Shown here: positions 50,856-62,248 of the stretch, piece by piece
Layout: each line of letters opens with the position of its first letter
Numbering within the stretch: position 1 is the first letter of the stretch
NCBI GenBank assembly: GCA_963833985.1
Contig: CAWIAD010000001.1
Coordinates: forward strand, 480,001-544,000
DNA: 64,000 nucleotides
From: an uncultured Planctomycetaceae bacterium
GTDB lineage: Bacteria; Planctomycetota; Planctomycetia; Isosphaerales; Isosphaeraceae
Direction: 5' to 3'
Notes under the pieces: generated by a model
Seen by the model: only the letters and a program-made list of their open reading frames with translations
What the model was told of the DNA's origin: nothing
Databases searched by the model: none
Position numbers and translations under genes: made by a program

Positions 50856-53099
50856 CCTACTTTCCGCACATCTCGCCTTGACTATCTCCTAATTTCCGTG
50901 TGCCGTCTTTCGGCCTGTCAGGTTCAAATCTCGTAGGCTTTGGGTATCCCCAGCAGGCGCAGGATCCTCTTCTGGAGCCGAGTTAACTCTGTGCTGAACA
51001 CCTCAAGAGGGCGTTTCCCAGCCTTCAGGGAATGCTCTTGAACGTCCTCGTACAGGTCGATCACTTTTCGAGCCGTCGGGCGTCGGCAGGCCCGACCTTC
51101 GGAATACAGTGGCAGGCTCTCGATTCCCGCTCGTTCCATCGCGCGGCGGAGTTCTCGCTCCAACAGCGCCTCGACCAGCAACACGAAGAAGTACACGCAG
51201 AGCAAGGCCTGAATCCGACTCACCTCCTTCAGGTACATAGGCGCTACCACGAAGTCAGTCTTCAGGTGCTCGAACCGTCGTTCGATGGCCGGTTGCTGTT
51301 TGTAGGCCAAGAGCAGATCCTGCTCCGTCATCTTCGATTCGTTGCTCACCAGCGGGAAAATGCCATCACAGCGGGCCTCCTCATCCAGTCGCTCCAACTC
51401 AATCCGATGCTTCAACGAGTAACGGAGCTTCTCCTCTCGGACGTACCGCGTGTCCTGTCCAGGCCGGCCGCGTCGCTCCTGGCGGAACTTTTCGGTGACC
51501 TGCTCCTCGATCTCGACCGAGATCCACTCGGTGACCTCACAGTCTCGGAGCAGCTCCTCGACCGCCTCGGCGACCTTGGCTCGACTGCGGTACCGGGTTC
51601 GGGACGAGGCGAGCTTGGCACGCAGTTCGTCCAGTCGTTTCAACGCCTTCTCCAGCCGGGTCAGCCGTACCTCCGCATCCAACTCGGCCTTGCGTGTGCT
51701 GTGATACCAGATCAGCCGGTAACCCTCGGTGGTCTGGCTCGCAGGTTTGCAGATCGAGAAGCGGTCGGTCAACTGTCCCTTGTCGTCGTACTTGTCGTGG
51801 GTCCATCGCCACTGGATCTCTCCCCGGAGTACGGCGCCGCGGAAGGCACCGTCCTCACTGCGAGTTCGCGGCAGCACGCTGAGGAACCGACCGCCGCGCT
51901 GATGCAGATAGGCCATGTTCTCGGTGGTGGCCAGCTTGCAGTCGGCGATGTAGAGAAAGTCTCGGCGTCCGGTCAGTTGACAGAGCAACTCCCAGGTCTC
52001 CTGGTGAGAGCGGTCGTCGGTGGCGTTGCCGCTCTCGACGCGAAAGTGCACCGGGACGGCACCGTCGCCGGTCACGGTGAGGATGTAGAGTAGCTGCTTG
52101 AGGTCGGGGCGGTGGTCTTTGTTATGACCCCAGGTCACCGCCAACCGCAATTGTCCCCGCAGGGTTCGCTCCGCCTCCGCCGACTCGTAGTCACCGTGGA
52201 AAGTGATGGTGGTCGAGTCGTTGTGTAACTGGTCGAGGCTGACGTCGAATTCGCGTACGGCATGGGCCGCGACCTTCAGGGCCAACCCCGAGAGATTGGC
52301 GTCGAAGAGACGGTCGAGGGCCCGGCCAACTCGATCGTCGTTCATTGCGGCGACTTGGACATCGGACAACCCGAACAGTTTCGGCTCATGGCGGGCCACC
52401 CACTCACCGACACCATAGAGTGGCTCACGCGAGATCAGCAGGTTGCGCAGCAGGACGAGCAAGGCCGTGGCCGTGGGGACCCGAGTGCGGCCGTCCTCAT
52501 GGGGCAGGTGGTCGCAGAGAAACTCGCGAAGGCGGAGCCGACTCAGGAAGTGTTCCAGGATGGGCACGGCGGCAATCCGCCGCGTGTTGAGCGTGCGCGT
52601 GCGTCCCTTCGAGCGGGCCGTCTCGCCGGGTTGGCGCGGTCGTTGAGGTTCGTTCATGCGGATCATCTCCGGAGGGTTTGCAGCGAGTTGGCCGGTGTCC
52701 GCCGCCGGGCCTTCCAGGGCCGTGAGGGGAGCAGGCCGACCGCCGCAGGGCTTGCCGCAATGATGGCGGAGGAGATCGGGACGTCAAGGACAAAAAATCT
52801 TGTGATTCACTTATGATAATTTGCCTTGACGTAAGTTGTGAGCCGCTCAACTTACGCTCATAGCCCGTGTCACAAGTCGTCGCGGCGAGAATCGCGGCGC
52901 ACGGCTGGACATTGCCAAGTTATAAGACAAGGCGAAGAATGGCTCGAGTTCAGGAACGGTCCGGTTGGCGAACCATCTGAACCGAACAAGGTCCCCGTGC
53001 CGATCGACTTGTAGATGTTTACCGACCCTGGGGCCGCGTCTGAGAAGATGGCCTCAGGTCGAATTCGGGGAAATCAAAGGGAGATGTGCGGAAAGTAGG
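50856..53099 (-). mobile_element. IS1634-family insertion sequence, copy 2 (2244 bp)
   Basis: Same 19-bp inverted repeats as copy 1; 6-bp target duplication ATGTAG at 50850-50855 and 53100-53105. Confidence 0.93.
50924..52666 (-). CDS. IS1634-family transposase
   Basis: 580 aa; differs from copy 1 by one visible residue (GRKRTL vs GRTRTL). Confidence 0.9.
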   Translation of the reverse strand: MIRMNEPQRPRQPGETARSKGRTRTLNTRRIAAVPILEHFLSRLRLREFLCDHLPHEDGRTRVPTATALLVLLRNLLISREPLYGVGEWVARHEPKLFGLSDVQVAAMNDDRVGRALDRLFDANLSGLALKVAAHAVREFDVSLDQLHNDSTTITFHGDYESAEAERTLRGQLRLAVTWGHNKDHRPDLKQLLYILTVTGDGAVPVHFRVESGNATDDRSHQETWELLCQLTGRRDFLYIADCKLATTENMAYLHQRGGRFLSVLPRTRSEDGAFRGAVLRGEIQWRWTHDKYDDKGQLTDRFSICKPASQTTEGYRLIWYHSTRKAELDAEVRLTRLEKALKRLDELRAKLASSRTRYRSRAKVAEAVEELLRDCEVTEWISVEIEEQVTEKFRQERRGRPGQDTRYVREEKLRYSLKHRIELERLDEEARCDGIFPLVSNESKMTEQDLLLAYKQQPAIERRFEHLKTDFVVAPMYLKEVSRIQALLCVYFFVLLVEALLERELRRAMERAGIESLPLYSEGRACRRPTARKVIDLYEDVQEHSLKAGKRPLEVFSTELTRLQKRILRLLGIPKAYEI

Positions 53100-53101
53100 A
53101 T

Positions 53102-53211
53102 GTAGGGCGGGTCAGCGCAGCGCAACCCACCGGTATTTCCGAAAGGTTGATCCGGCATCGATTCTCGGGGACTTCGCCTTGGTAGGTTGGGTCAGCGCAG
53201 CACAACCCACC
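53102..53211 (+). repeat. REP array downstream of RAYT, right part
   Basis: REPs at 53102-53131 and 53182-53211. Confidence 0.9.
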
Positions 53212-53247
53212 GAGATTCCGCTTGAAACCTGCAACCAGGAGCTTGTC

Positions 53248-54497
53248 ATGCCGCGGCGCATTGGAGCCATCGCCTTGTTGTTGTGCATCGTCGTCTGGCT
53301 GACCGTGCATTCCCCGATTGGAGGACGGACGGAGCGGGCTGAGGCTGCCCAGGAGGCGGCGCCATCGCACGCGCCGGCGCAGGCTGCCGATGCAGGCTTG
53401 CTGAACCACGGTCTGTCCATGCTGCCGCTCCTGTCCACGGCCCGCACGCGCTCGGTCTGTGCCGAGAATCCCACCGGGGGCAAGGGGCAGGGGGGCGCGC
53501 CGTGCCGGACCCGAGCGAGCAGGAATACCCGGCCTCGGGGCGGGCGGCCGACGACCTGGGGCAAGGCTGGAAAGTCCGGCCGTTCCTGCGCGTCAATCGC
53601 GGAGAGACCGCAACTCTCATGGACGTGGCCGGTCCAGGAGTGATCCAGCACATCTGGATGGTGGAAAATCTTAGCCGTGCTCATGTGCTGCGGTTCTACT
53701 GGGACCACGAGAAGACGCCCTCGATCGAGGTGCCCGCGCCCGACTTCTTCGCCGTGGGCCACGAGACTTTTGCGCCGGTGAACTCGCTGGCGGTGGTGGT
53801 CAACCCGCGGAACGCGATGAACTGCTACTGGCCGATGCCGTTTCACTCGCATGCGCGGGTGACCTTGACCAATGAGTCGGGCACGAAGGACCTTGACCTG
53901 CTTGCCTACCAGATCACGTATCAGGAAACCGCGGTCCCGGCCGGGGCGGGCACGCTGCACGCTCAGTTCCGCCGGTCGCGCACCGACATCGTGAACCCCT
54001 ATGTCATCCTCGACGGAGTGCGCGGGCAGGGCCGGTACGTGGGGACCTTCCTGGCCTGGACGCAGCAGAAGCCAGGCTGGTTCGGCGAGGGCGAGGTCAA
54101 GTTCTACCTTGATGGCGACCAGGACTTCCCGACGATCTGCGGTACCGGGACCGAGGATTATTTCGGCGGCAGCTACGGCTTTCCGAGCCCCTTCACCGGT
54201 CCGTACTCGGGGACGACCTTGCCGGCCAGCGACAGCGCACCGCCTCCGAGCCGCTGGAGCCTGTACCGCTGGCACATCCAGGACCCGATCAACTTCCAGC
54301 GCGACCTGCGAGTGACGATTCAGGCACTGGGCTGGAACGACAAGGGCAAGTACGAGAAGCTACGCGACGATGTGGCCTCCGTCGCCTACTGGTACCAGGC
54401 CGAGCCGCACGCCCCGTTCCCGAGGCTGCCCGACCTGGCGGCCCGCACCGCGAAGGTGCTGCCTCCGGGCAAGGTCACTGCCGGCCCCGCGAACTGA
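53248..54497 (+). CDS. DUF2961 / GH172-like secreted protein (frameshift near 53495)
   Basis: AENPTGGKG, GPGVIQHIW, NCYWPMPF, WFGEGEVKFY, GTGTEDYF and SVAYWYQ motifs. Confidence 0.85.
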
Positions 54498-54525
54498 GCC
54501 AGTGCGGGCATCGCGTTCGGGAGGA

Positions 54526-56328
54526 TCAGCGCTTGACCCTGTTATCCAGACTCCCTACCGCGCATGCGGCCGGAGGCTGTACATGGCAGGCGGGAGGAAC
54601 TTGCACCGGCGCCCGGCCGATGGCGCGGAGCAGGCGGAACTGGGCTCGGTTGTAGGCCAGCACAGCGCCGAGGTAGTCGATGCGCGCGGCCGCCAGCGCC
54701 TGGATGGGCTGGAGGACCTCGATAGGTCTCGTGGCTCCCGGCAGACCAGCCCCGCGCTGGATGTTGGTGAGATTCAGGCCCAGCGATTCAACGGCCTCGG
54801 TCACCGAGACGCGGGCCTCGTCCATCCAGCCGGAGGCGGCGGCACGGGCCCTGTAGGCCGCCACCACGTCGGCGGCGACCTGGGTCTGTACGCGGAGCAC
54901 CTCGATGTCGGCGGTTTTCCACTGCGCCTTGGCGCTGCGCCAGGCGCCCAGGTCACTCAGGCCCATGCCGCGCAGCTCCCAGAACAGGCTGGCCGCGAAA
55001 TCGCCGCGGGTGTTGAAGTTGCCGAAGAACGCGTTCTGGCCGCCGCCGAAGCCGCCTCCCGCGTAGGTCAGGGCCAGGCTGGGGGCGAACGGCCGCAGCT
55101 TGGCCTGCTGGAGCCGCATCGTGGACGCCTGCATGAGCGCTCGGGAACGTGCCAGCTCGGGCCGGTAGCTGTAGCCCTTGCAGATCAGGTCGTCCAGAGG
55201 GACGTCGTCGGGCAGCAGGCGGATCACGGTCTCGGCCGGCTCGACGGGCGCGACCACGACGTGCGGGTCAAGCAGCACCTGGCGCACGAGGTTCGCCGAG
55301 GCAACCTCGAGCTCGCCGATGGAGGCCCGGATGGCACCGCGCCGGATCCGCACCTCGGTCAACGTCCGGCGGTGGTCCGCCTCGAGCCCGGCCCGCGACC
55401 GTGCAAAAGTTCCGGTGATGTTCGCCAGCAGCTCCGCGTTGCCGGCAGCCTCACGCGCAATCGCCAGCCGGCCGGCACCGAGCTGAAGGTCAAAATAGGC
55501 TTCCGACACCGCCAGCAGCGCGTTGTTGGTAGCAACAGCCACGCCGGCCTCGTTGGCGGCGATGACGCGCCGGGCGGCTCGGGTGCCATAGAGCGCATCG
55601 GAGATCCGCAGCACGCCGCTCAGGCCGTTCAGCGGTGGGAAACCGCTTCCGGGCGGGGCGGCCGGAAAGCTGTTGGCCAGACTTGCCGTCGTGCCCAGGA
55701 ACAACGAGTTGCGGCTGACGGTGATCACCTTCCCGTTGATCGACTGCACCTGACCATCCAGGCGGTAGTACGTCGGTCCGGTGAAGAGGCTGGGCAACCA
55801 CAGCCCGCGTGCCTCGTCAAGCTCTCCCAGTGCCTGCATCACCTGCTGCCGGGCCGTGGCAATATCCAGGTCGCGCGCTCCGGCCAGGCGCAGGGCGGTC
55901 GCCAGGTCGATGGGCTGGATCATCTCTCCGGGAATGACCGTCGCGGTGGCATCGGTCGGGTGGGGCGTCACTGGAGCACTGGGAGCACGTTGCCCATGGT
56001 CCGCTGCCGGCAGCGCCGGGGGGAGCGAGAGCTCCTGCGGCCTGGCGCTGGACCGTGGCGGCTCATCGGGTGTAAAAGCATGCACGGCCGGCGGCCAGAC
56101 ATGCCCCGGCACCAGCGCGAGCAACAGGGCTGCCCGGCGGAACTGCCGGTGCACGGTGGTCCATTGCTTTGCCGATCTCACGGGCACTCTCTCCGTGGAC
56201 GTGGCGGAATCACGCGGTGGGCCTGCCACCGGCGAATGCCGCAGCCGGGGGGACCGTTTCAGGTCTCCTTGCCGTTCTTTCGGATGCAATCGGCCGGGCC
56301 CTGCAACGTCTCTCCACCTGGAGAGCAC
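54526..56328 (-). CDS. TolC-family outer membrane efflux protein (start uncertain, possibly 56154)
   Basis: IDLATALRLAG, VSEAYFDL, RPEL and YNRAQFRLLRAIG motifs; downstream of RND/MFP genes. Confidence 0.85.
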   Translation of the reverse strand: MLSRWRDVAGPGRLHPKERQGDLKRSPRLRHSPVAGPPRDSATSTERVPVRSAKQWTTVHRQFRRAALLLALVPGHVWPPAVHAFTPDEPPRSSARPQELSLPPALPAADHGQRAPSAPVTPHPTDATATVIPGEMIQPIDLATALRLAGARDLDIATARQQVMQALGELDEARGLWLPSLFTGPTYYRLDGQVQSINGKVITVSRNSLFLGTTASLANSFPAAPPGSGFPPLNGLSGVLRISDALYGTRAARRVIAANEAGVAVATNNALLAVSEAYFDLQLGAGRLAIAREAAGNAELLANITGTFARSRAGLEADHRRTLTEVRIRRGAIRASIGELEVASANLVRQVLLDPHVVVAPVEPAETVIRLLPDDVPLDDLICKGYSYRPELARSRALMQASTMRLQQAKLRPFAPSLALTYAGGGFGGGQNAFFGNFNTRGDFAASLFWELRGMGLSDLGAWRSAKAQWKTADIEVLRVQTQVAADVVAAYRARAAASGWMDEARVSVTEAVESLGLNLTNIQRGAGLPGATRPIEVLQPIQALAAARIDYLGAVLAYNRAQFRLLRAIGRAPVQVPPACHVQPPAACAVGSLDNRVKR

Positions 56329-56355
56329 TCAGAACACGCGCAACCGGCACAACTG

Positions 56356-57698
56356 TCACGGCTTCTTCGTCGCGGGCGGCGGCGCGACGGAGACCGATAC
56401 CGGCTGGTCCTCTTCGAGCGCGGCCGCGTAGGCCTTGACGACGGCCTCGTCGTCCTTCAGTCCGGATGTGACCTCGGAGAACGTCCCGTCCTCCAGACCG
56501 AGCACGATCGCCCTGCGCTTGGCCTTGCCATCGGAGATGGTCACGCAGTAGAGATCGGCCCCTTGCCGGACGACGGCCGAGCTGGGCACCAGCAGCGCAT
56601 TGGTCCGCTCCTCGACGAACACGGTGGCATAGGCGTACAGGCCCGGTCGCAGCGTACCGGAGGGATTGGCAACATCGATCTCGGTGCGGAGCGTGCGGTT
56701 CCTGGCGTCGAGCGTCCAGGAGGTCCGGGCCACCTTGCCGTCAAACTCCTGGCCCGGACGTGCCTGAAGGCGAATGCGCACGCGATCGCCGGTGTCGACC
56801 TGCGTGGCGAACAGTTCGGGCACGCTCACGCTGATCCGTACCCGGTCGTCGCGTGCTATGGTGAAGAGCGGCTGGCCGAGCGTCCCCGCGGTCGTCAGAT
56901 CGCCCACGTCCACGTTCCGGCGGGTGATCACGCCGTCGTACGGAGCCACGATCTCCGCGTAGCCGCGCATGGCGTGCAGCCGCCTGGCTTCCAGATCGGC
57001 CACCTTGATCGTGGCCGTGGCCGCGGCCACGTCGGAACGGGCCTTCTCGAGCAGGGCCTCACCCTGCTTCACGGCGGCCTCGGCGGTTTGCACCTGGGCG
57101 TCGATCTCCTCGCGTGCCGACTCGGCGGCCTCGAGCTTGCTGCGCGTCTCGTCGCGCAATGTGCCGGTCTGGGCACGCTCGTTAAAGAGCTGCTCCACGC
57201 GCTGGTTCTCCGCGCGCAGCGGGCCACGTCGGCGGCGGCGCGGCGGGTGCCGGCCCGGACCTCGGCGAGCTTCGCCCGCGCGTGCACCAGGTCGGATCGG
57301 GCCACATCCTCGGAGGCCCGGGCTTGCACCAGCCTGGCTTTGGCTTCCTCCACCATCGCCTGCTTCTGTTCCGCTTCGGCGTCCAGCTCTGGAACGCTCA
57401 GGAGGGCCAGCACCTGTCCCTTCTTGACCTTCGATCCGATATCCGCATTCCACTTTTCAACATAGCCGGATAGCTTCGCGAAGAGGTCGGTGGACTCGTA
57501 AGCCTCGATCTGCCCGGGCTCTTCCACCGACCGGCGGATCGTGCCCCGCACGGGTGTGACGACCTCCACGCGCGAGACTGTCGGCCCCGGGGCGCGTCCG
57601 GCCTGGATCGCGGGAGACTGCCCGCAGCCGGCGGCAAGAAGGCCGGGAACGGAAAGAGCCAGGAAGCAGAGCCGCAATCGCAGACGGGGTTGACGCAT
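56356..57698 (-). CDS. Efflux RND periplasmic adaptor (MFP), lipoprotein (frameshift near 57218)
   Basis: LAAGC lipobox, AKLSGYV...VKKGQVL, IVAPYDGVIT and LRPGLY motifs. Confidence 0.88.
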
Positions 57699-57744
57699 GC
57701 GTTCGTGTCCGTGGTGGCAGAAGAAGACAGCCGGAGAACGCCCT

Positions 57745-60700
57745 TCAGGGCGACGCGGTCGGTTGCTGCACTCGGTCGGCATGGGCTCCGTTGGCGCTCA
57801 CGCCGTCCGGATGGACCGCGCCCCACAGGCCAGGATCGTACTGGGCGCTTTCCGGGTCGGCCGGATCGATCGATGCCGAGCGCACCCGCGCCCCGCGCTG
57901 GACGATGGCAAAGACGGTCGGCAGGATGAACAGCGTGGCCAGCGTGGCGCCGGCCAGGCCGCCGATCACGGCCCGTCCCAGCGGGGCGGTCTGCTCGCCG
58001 CCCTCGTTCCAGCCCAGCGCCATGGGGATCATGCCGGCGATCATGGCGCAGCTCGTCATGAGGATCGGCCGCAGCCGGCCCTGTGCGCCGGCGATGGCCG
58101 CTTCCGCGGGCGCCGCCCTGTCGCCGCACCGGTACCGCTCGGCAAAAGTGACCAGCAGGATGGCGTTGGCCACGGCGACGCCGATCGCCATGATCGCCCC
58201 CATGAACGACTGGAGATTCAGGGTGGTCCCGGTGAGCCAGAGCGCAAGGACCACTCCTGCGAGCACGGCCGGCATCGTCGAGATGACCACGATCGCCAGG
58301 CGGATCGACTGGAAGTTCGCGGTGAGCAGGAGCAGGATGATCACAATCGCCATGGCCAGGCCGAAAGCCAGGCCGCGGAGGATCTCATTCATGGGAGTGA
58401 TCTGCCCGCGGACCTCGACGGTGGCTCCCCTGGGCGGCTCGCCGGCGCGTGCGATCGCCTGGTTGACCTGGCCGGCCACACGGCCCAGGTCCTCGCCGGC
58501 GATGTTCGCGGTCAGGCTGATCACGCGCTTCATGTTGTAACGGTCATACTCGCCGGGCATGGTGCCGGGGCTGACCGTGGCCACGTCGCGCAGCAGGAGC
58601 GGCTCCTGGTGCGGCTTCTGGATCGGGATCGTCTCGACCTGGTTGATCGAATCCATTACCTGGTAGGGGATCTCGACCTGAACCTGGTAGCCGATGCCGG
58701 ACTTCGGATCGGGCCAGTAATTGGGCACCACGAACCGGCTGGACGAGGTCGCCGCGACCAGCGAGCGCGCGACCTCGGCCACCGTGACGTCGGCCAGGCC
58801 TGCCTTCTGGCGATCGATCTTGACGGCGACCGTCGGGTAATCCAGCGACTGGACGAACTGGAGATCGCGCAGCGCCGGGACGCGTTCCAGCTCGGCCCGC
58901 ACCTTCTCCGCGTAGAGCCGGTTCTCGGCGAGGTTCGGCCCGTTGACCGTGAACTCCACGGGTGTGGGCGAGCCGAAGCTCATCACCTCGCTGACGATGT
59001 CGGCCGGCTCGAAGGAGAACCGCACTCCGGAGAGCTTGTCGGCCAGAACCGTCCTGAGCCGCTCTTTCAGGTCCTCGAGTGCGACGGTCGCCTCACCCTT
59101 GAGAGCCACTCGCAGCACGGCTTCCTCGGGCCCTCCGGTCCACTGGAAGATGGCGTTGATGGGGTAGCTGGAAGGAATCAGGCCGACGTATCCCACGGAG
59201 ATCTCGATCGGCTGTGTCCCGGCCTCCTGGCGGATCGTCTCGAGGACCTGCAAGACGAGCCGCTCGGTCTCCTCGATGCGCGTTCCGGCCGCGGCGCGGA
59301 GGCGGAGCTGGAACCGCCCGGCATCGACCTTCGGAAAGATCTCCAGGCCGAGCCGGCTGTAGACTGCCCCGATCACCAGCGCGGCCAGTGCGAGGTATGC
59401 CGGCACGATGAGCCAGCGACGGTGGACAATCCAGGACAGCAACCGGCCATAGGTAACCTGTCCGCGGACAGAGGCCGAACTCTTTCCGGCAGCCGTGGGA
59501 CCATGCCTGTGCTCCAGCAGCCAGGTCGAGATCACCGGCACGAACATGCTGGAGAGCAGGTACGACGAGACCATTGCGAAGCCGACCGCCAGCGAGAGCG
59601 GAACAAACAGGGCCTGGGCCGCGCCCTGCATGAAGAACGAAGGCAGGAACACGGCCAGGATGCAGAGCATGGCGAGCAGCCGCGGGACGGCCGTATCCAT
59701 GTTGCCCAGGCGAACGGCCGAGGCCACCGAGGGTACCTGCTGCATCTTGTGGTGGATGTTCTCGATCTCCACCGTCGCCTCATCAACCAGGATGCCGATG
59801 GAGAGCGCCAGGCCGCCCAGGGTCATGAGGTTGATCGACTGCCCTGCCAGCCAGAGGGCCACCAGCGCGCCGCAGATGGCGAACGGGATGTTCAGGAGGA
59901 CCACCAGCACGCTCCGCCAGTCGCGCAGGAATACGAGGACCATCAGACCCGTGAAGAGCGCGCCCAGGGCACCCTCGGCGGCCAGGCTCTTCACGGCGTT
60001 GGTGACCGTGGGGGACTGGTCGAATTCGAAGCTCACCTTGATATCGTCGGGAAGGACGGCCTGCATCTTCGGCAGGGCCTCCTTGACGCTGCGGACGACG
60101 GAAAGCGTGGAGGCATCGGCCCGCTTGGTGACCAGGATGTAGACGGCCCTGCGGCCGTTCACCAGCGCATAGCCGACCGGGATGTCGCTGGCGTCCTGGA
60201 CGGTGGCGACGTCGCGGACGTAGACCGACGGGTTGGCGCCCACGCGGATGGGGATGGCCTCCAGCTCCTTCACGTCGGTCACCAGGGAATTGATCGGCAC
60301 GATGGGCATGGTCTTGCCGATCCGCACGTTTCCCGACGGGCTGATCGTATTGCCGTTGGAAAGTGCCGTGATGAGCTCGTCCGGCGAGATGGCATACGAG
60401 CGCAGCCGCTCGGGGTCCGCCCGCACCACGACCGTGCGCTGGCTGCCGCCGAACGGAGGCGGCGCCGAGACCCCCGGCAGGCCGGCGAACATCGGCCGCA
60501 CCTTGAAGAGCGCCTGGTCCTGGATCTCGCCGATCGAGCGCGTCTCGCTGGAGAGCACCAGGTAGCCGACCGGTACGCTCCCGGCGTCGAACCGGGTGAC
60601 GAACGGCGAGACCGTGCCGGGCGGCATGAACGCCCGCGCACGGGTGACGTAGCCGATCGTCTCGGCCATCGCCTGGGCCATGTTCGTTCCCGGGTGGAAC

Positions 60701-60981
60701 GACAGCTTCATCACCGCCATGCCCTGGACGTTGCGGCTCTCTACGTGATGAATGTTACTGATATAAAGAAAGTGGTATTCGTAGTAATTCGCAATCAGCC
60801 CCTCCATCTGCGCGGGGTCCATGCCGCCGTATGGCTGGGCGACGTAGATCACCGGGAGGTTCAGGTTGGGAAAGATATCGATCGACATCCGCAGGACAGC
60901 CAGCAGGCTCCCCAGTGCCACCGCCGTGACAAGCACCATCACGGTGTAAGGCCGGCGCATGGCAAAGGCGATCGGGTTCAT
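57745..60981 (-). CDS. Efflux RND transporter permease
   Basis: [24 protein letters not shown] and RLRPILMTS motifs; about 1078 aa. Confidence 0.93.
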   Translation of the reverse strand: MNPIAFAMRRPYTVMVLVTAVALGSLLAVLRMSIDIFPNLNLPVIYVAQPYGGMDPAQMEGLIANYYEYHFLYISNIHHVESRNVQGMAVMKLSFHPGTNMAQAMAETIGYVTRARAFMPPGTVSPFVTRFDAGSVPVGYLVLSSETRSIGEIQDQALFKVRPMFAGLPGVSAPPPFGGSQRTVVVRADPERLRSYAISPDELITALSNGNTISPSGNVRIGKTMPIVPINSLVTDVKELEAIPIRVGANPSVYVRDVATVQDASDIPVGYALVNGRRAVYILVTKRADASTLSVVRSVKEALPKMQAVLPDDIKVSFEFDQSPTVTNAVKSLAAEGALGALFTGLMVLVFLRDWRSVLVVLLNIPFAICGALVALWLAGQSINLMTLGGLALSIGILVDEATVEIENIHHKMQQVPSVASAVRLGNMDTAVPRLLAMLCILAVFLPSFFMQGAAQALFVPLSLAVGFAMVSSYLLSSMFVPVISTWLLEHRHGPTAAGKSSASVRGQVTYGRLLSWIVHRRWLIVPAYLALAALVIGAVYSRLGLEIFPKVDAGRFQLRLRAAAGTRIEETERLVLQVLETIRQEAGTQPIEISVGYVGLIPSSYPINAIFQWTGGPEEAVLRVALKGEATVALEDLKERLRTVLADKLSGVRFSFEPADIVSEVMSFGSPTPVEFTVNGPNLAENRLYAEKVRAELERVPALRDLQFVQSLDYPTVAVKIDRQKAGLADVTVAEVARSLVAATSSSRFVVPNYWPDPKSGIGYQVQVEIPYQVMDSINQVETIPIQKPHQEPLLLRDVATVSPGTMPGEYDRYNMKRVISLTANIAGEDLGRVAGQVNQAIARAGEPPRGATVEVRGQITPMNEILRGLAFGLAMAIVIILLLLTANFQSIRLAIVVISTMPAVLAGVVLALWLTGTTLNLQSFMGAIMAIGVAVANAILLVTFAERYRCGDRAAPAEAAIAGAQGRLRPILMTSCAMIAGMIPMALGWNEGGEQTAPLGRAVIGGLAGATLATLFILPTVFAIVQRGARVRSASIDPADPESAQYDPGLWGAVHPDGVSANGAHADRVQQPTASP

Positions 60982-61063
60982 GGGCCTGTTCCCTTCCGGC
61001 GGGGGATGTCGAGGTCGAACGGGGTAGGTGTCGAGGGCTCGCCCTCGCATCCAACCGTGGTGC

Positions 61064-61612
61064 TCAGAGCGGCCAGCTCGCCGCGGGGTCGAAATTGAGG
61101 ATCGGCGATGCGGGAGCCGACGGAATTCGAGGACGCAGATAGGGCTTGTCCGCGGCCTTGTGGCAGGAGTAGCAGACCGTCAGGCTGTCACGGTAGGTGC
61201 GTTCGAAACCCGGCCGATCTTTCTGCTGGATGACCGCTTTGAGCTGCGTGAGCTGGCTGTTTTCAAAGGCTTTCAGGATATTCTCGAGAAAGACGTCCTT
61301 CCCGGCGTTGTCCTTGCGAACCGGGATCCGGCGCACGGCCCAGCGCAGGTGCGACCTGGTCTCGGAGAGGCAGAAATCGGCCAGCGGCCAGTTCTCGGCC
61401 TCGCCGGCGAACCAGAGGTTCGCGAAGTGATCGCCGACATCCGCCATCAGGTGCGATTGCGAGGGAAGCAGGTCCTCGAGGGCCTTGACGCGGGTGGAAA
61501 CTTCCGCCGGCGCCGCGTCGGCCGAGGCGGCGGACGTGGCTTCCACGCAGCCGCTCGCCATCGCCAGAAGGAAGGCTGAAGCGAGGGCCAGAGTCACGCG
61601 AGCCACAATCAT
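61064..61612 (-). CDS. Exported monoheme cytochrome c-like lipoprotein
   Basis: Signal ending ASGC; C-terminal CYSCH; helical; translationally coupled to PadR. Confidence 0.7.
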   Translation of the reverse strand: MIVARVTLALASAFLLAMASGCVEATSAASADAAPAEVSTRVKALEDLLPSQSHLMADVGDHFANLWFAGEAENWPLADFCLSETRSHLRWAVRRIPVRKDNAGKDVFLENILKAFENSQLTQLKAVIQQKDRPGFERTYRDSLTVCYSCHKAADKPYLRPRIPSAPASPILNFDPAASWPL

Positions 61613-62010
61613 GATGATGTCCCTCCGCGGTGATTCCCGGAATGTTTCTTGCGAGGATGGTTCGTACCGCGATCGCGGCCGATCGAGGCCCTGGGAGGCC
61701 GATCGTCCAGGATCTCGGAGACCAGTTCCTTGAGCTGCACCCGGGCGGCCCGAAGCGCCGCTTTCCCCTGTGCAGTCGCCCGGTACACTTTTCTGCGCTT
61801 GCCGGCCACGACCTCGGTCTGCACGGTGAGCAACCCGGCCTGTTCGAGCTGGTGGAGGATCGGATAGATCGTTCCGGCGCCCACGTCGTAGCCGTGGCGC
61901 CCCAGCTCCTCCATCATCTCCGCCCCGCAGATCGGCTCCTTCGTCGCGTGATAGATCACGTGCATCCGCACGAACCCGCCGAAGAACAGCCTTGTCAGCA
62001 AGTCGGTCAC
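61609..62010 (-). CDS. PadR-family transcriptional regulator
   Basis: GTIYPILHQLEQAG and RKVYRATAQG wHTH motifs; GTG start inferred. Confidence 0.88.
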   Translation of the reverse strand: MTDLLTRLFFGGFVRMHVIYHATKEPICGAEMMEELGRHGYDVGAGTIYPILHQLEQAGLLTVQTEVVAGKRRKVYRATAQGKAALRAARVQLKELVSEILDDRPPRASIGRDRGTNHPRKKHSGNHRGGTSS

Positions 62011-62013
62011 TCG

Positions 62014-62040
62014 TATCGGCCTCCGATATCGAGAAGCAAT
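62014..62040. promoter_or_regulatory. Candidate PadR operator
   Basis: Inverted repeat TATCGG-CCT-CCGATA, 3 bp from the start codon, with an imperfect second copy overlapping it. Confidence 0.4.
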
Positions 62041-62248
62041 AATATGGCACCGGAAAGCCCACCGCAAGCCCGCGGGCCGCACGACCCGTTCCTGAATGGG
62101 TTCTGCAAGCGTGCGAGCGGCGCCTGTGCGCAGACCCCGTGACGACGGGCTCGTCACGTGCGTGCCCGATCGCTTACAATTGTCGTGAGCTCTTCTTCGA
62201 GTCGATCATCTCGCCCGGTCACGTTCGAGCCAGAGTGGAGACCCGTTG

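Noticed and set aside
9359..53099. Composite transposon bounded by the two IS1634 copies
   Set aside because: Each copy has its own matched target duplication, indicating independent insertions, and the interval holds housekeeping genes.
54370..61098. Long plus-strand ORFs (1031 and 1133 aa), and similar ones at 21836-24448 and 3870-5537
   Set aside because: Antisense shadows of well-supported genes, expected in high-GC DNA.
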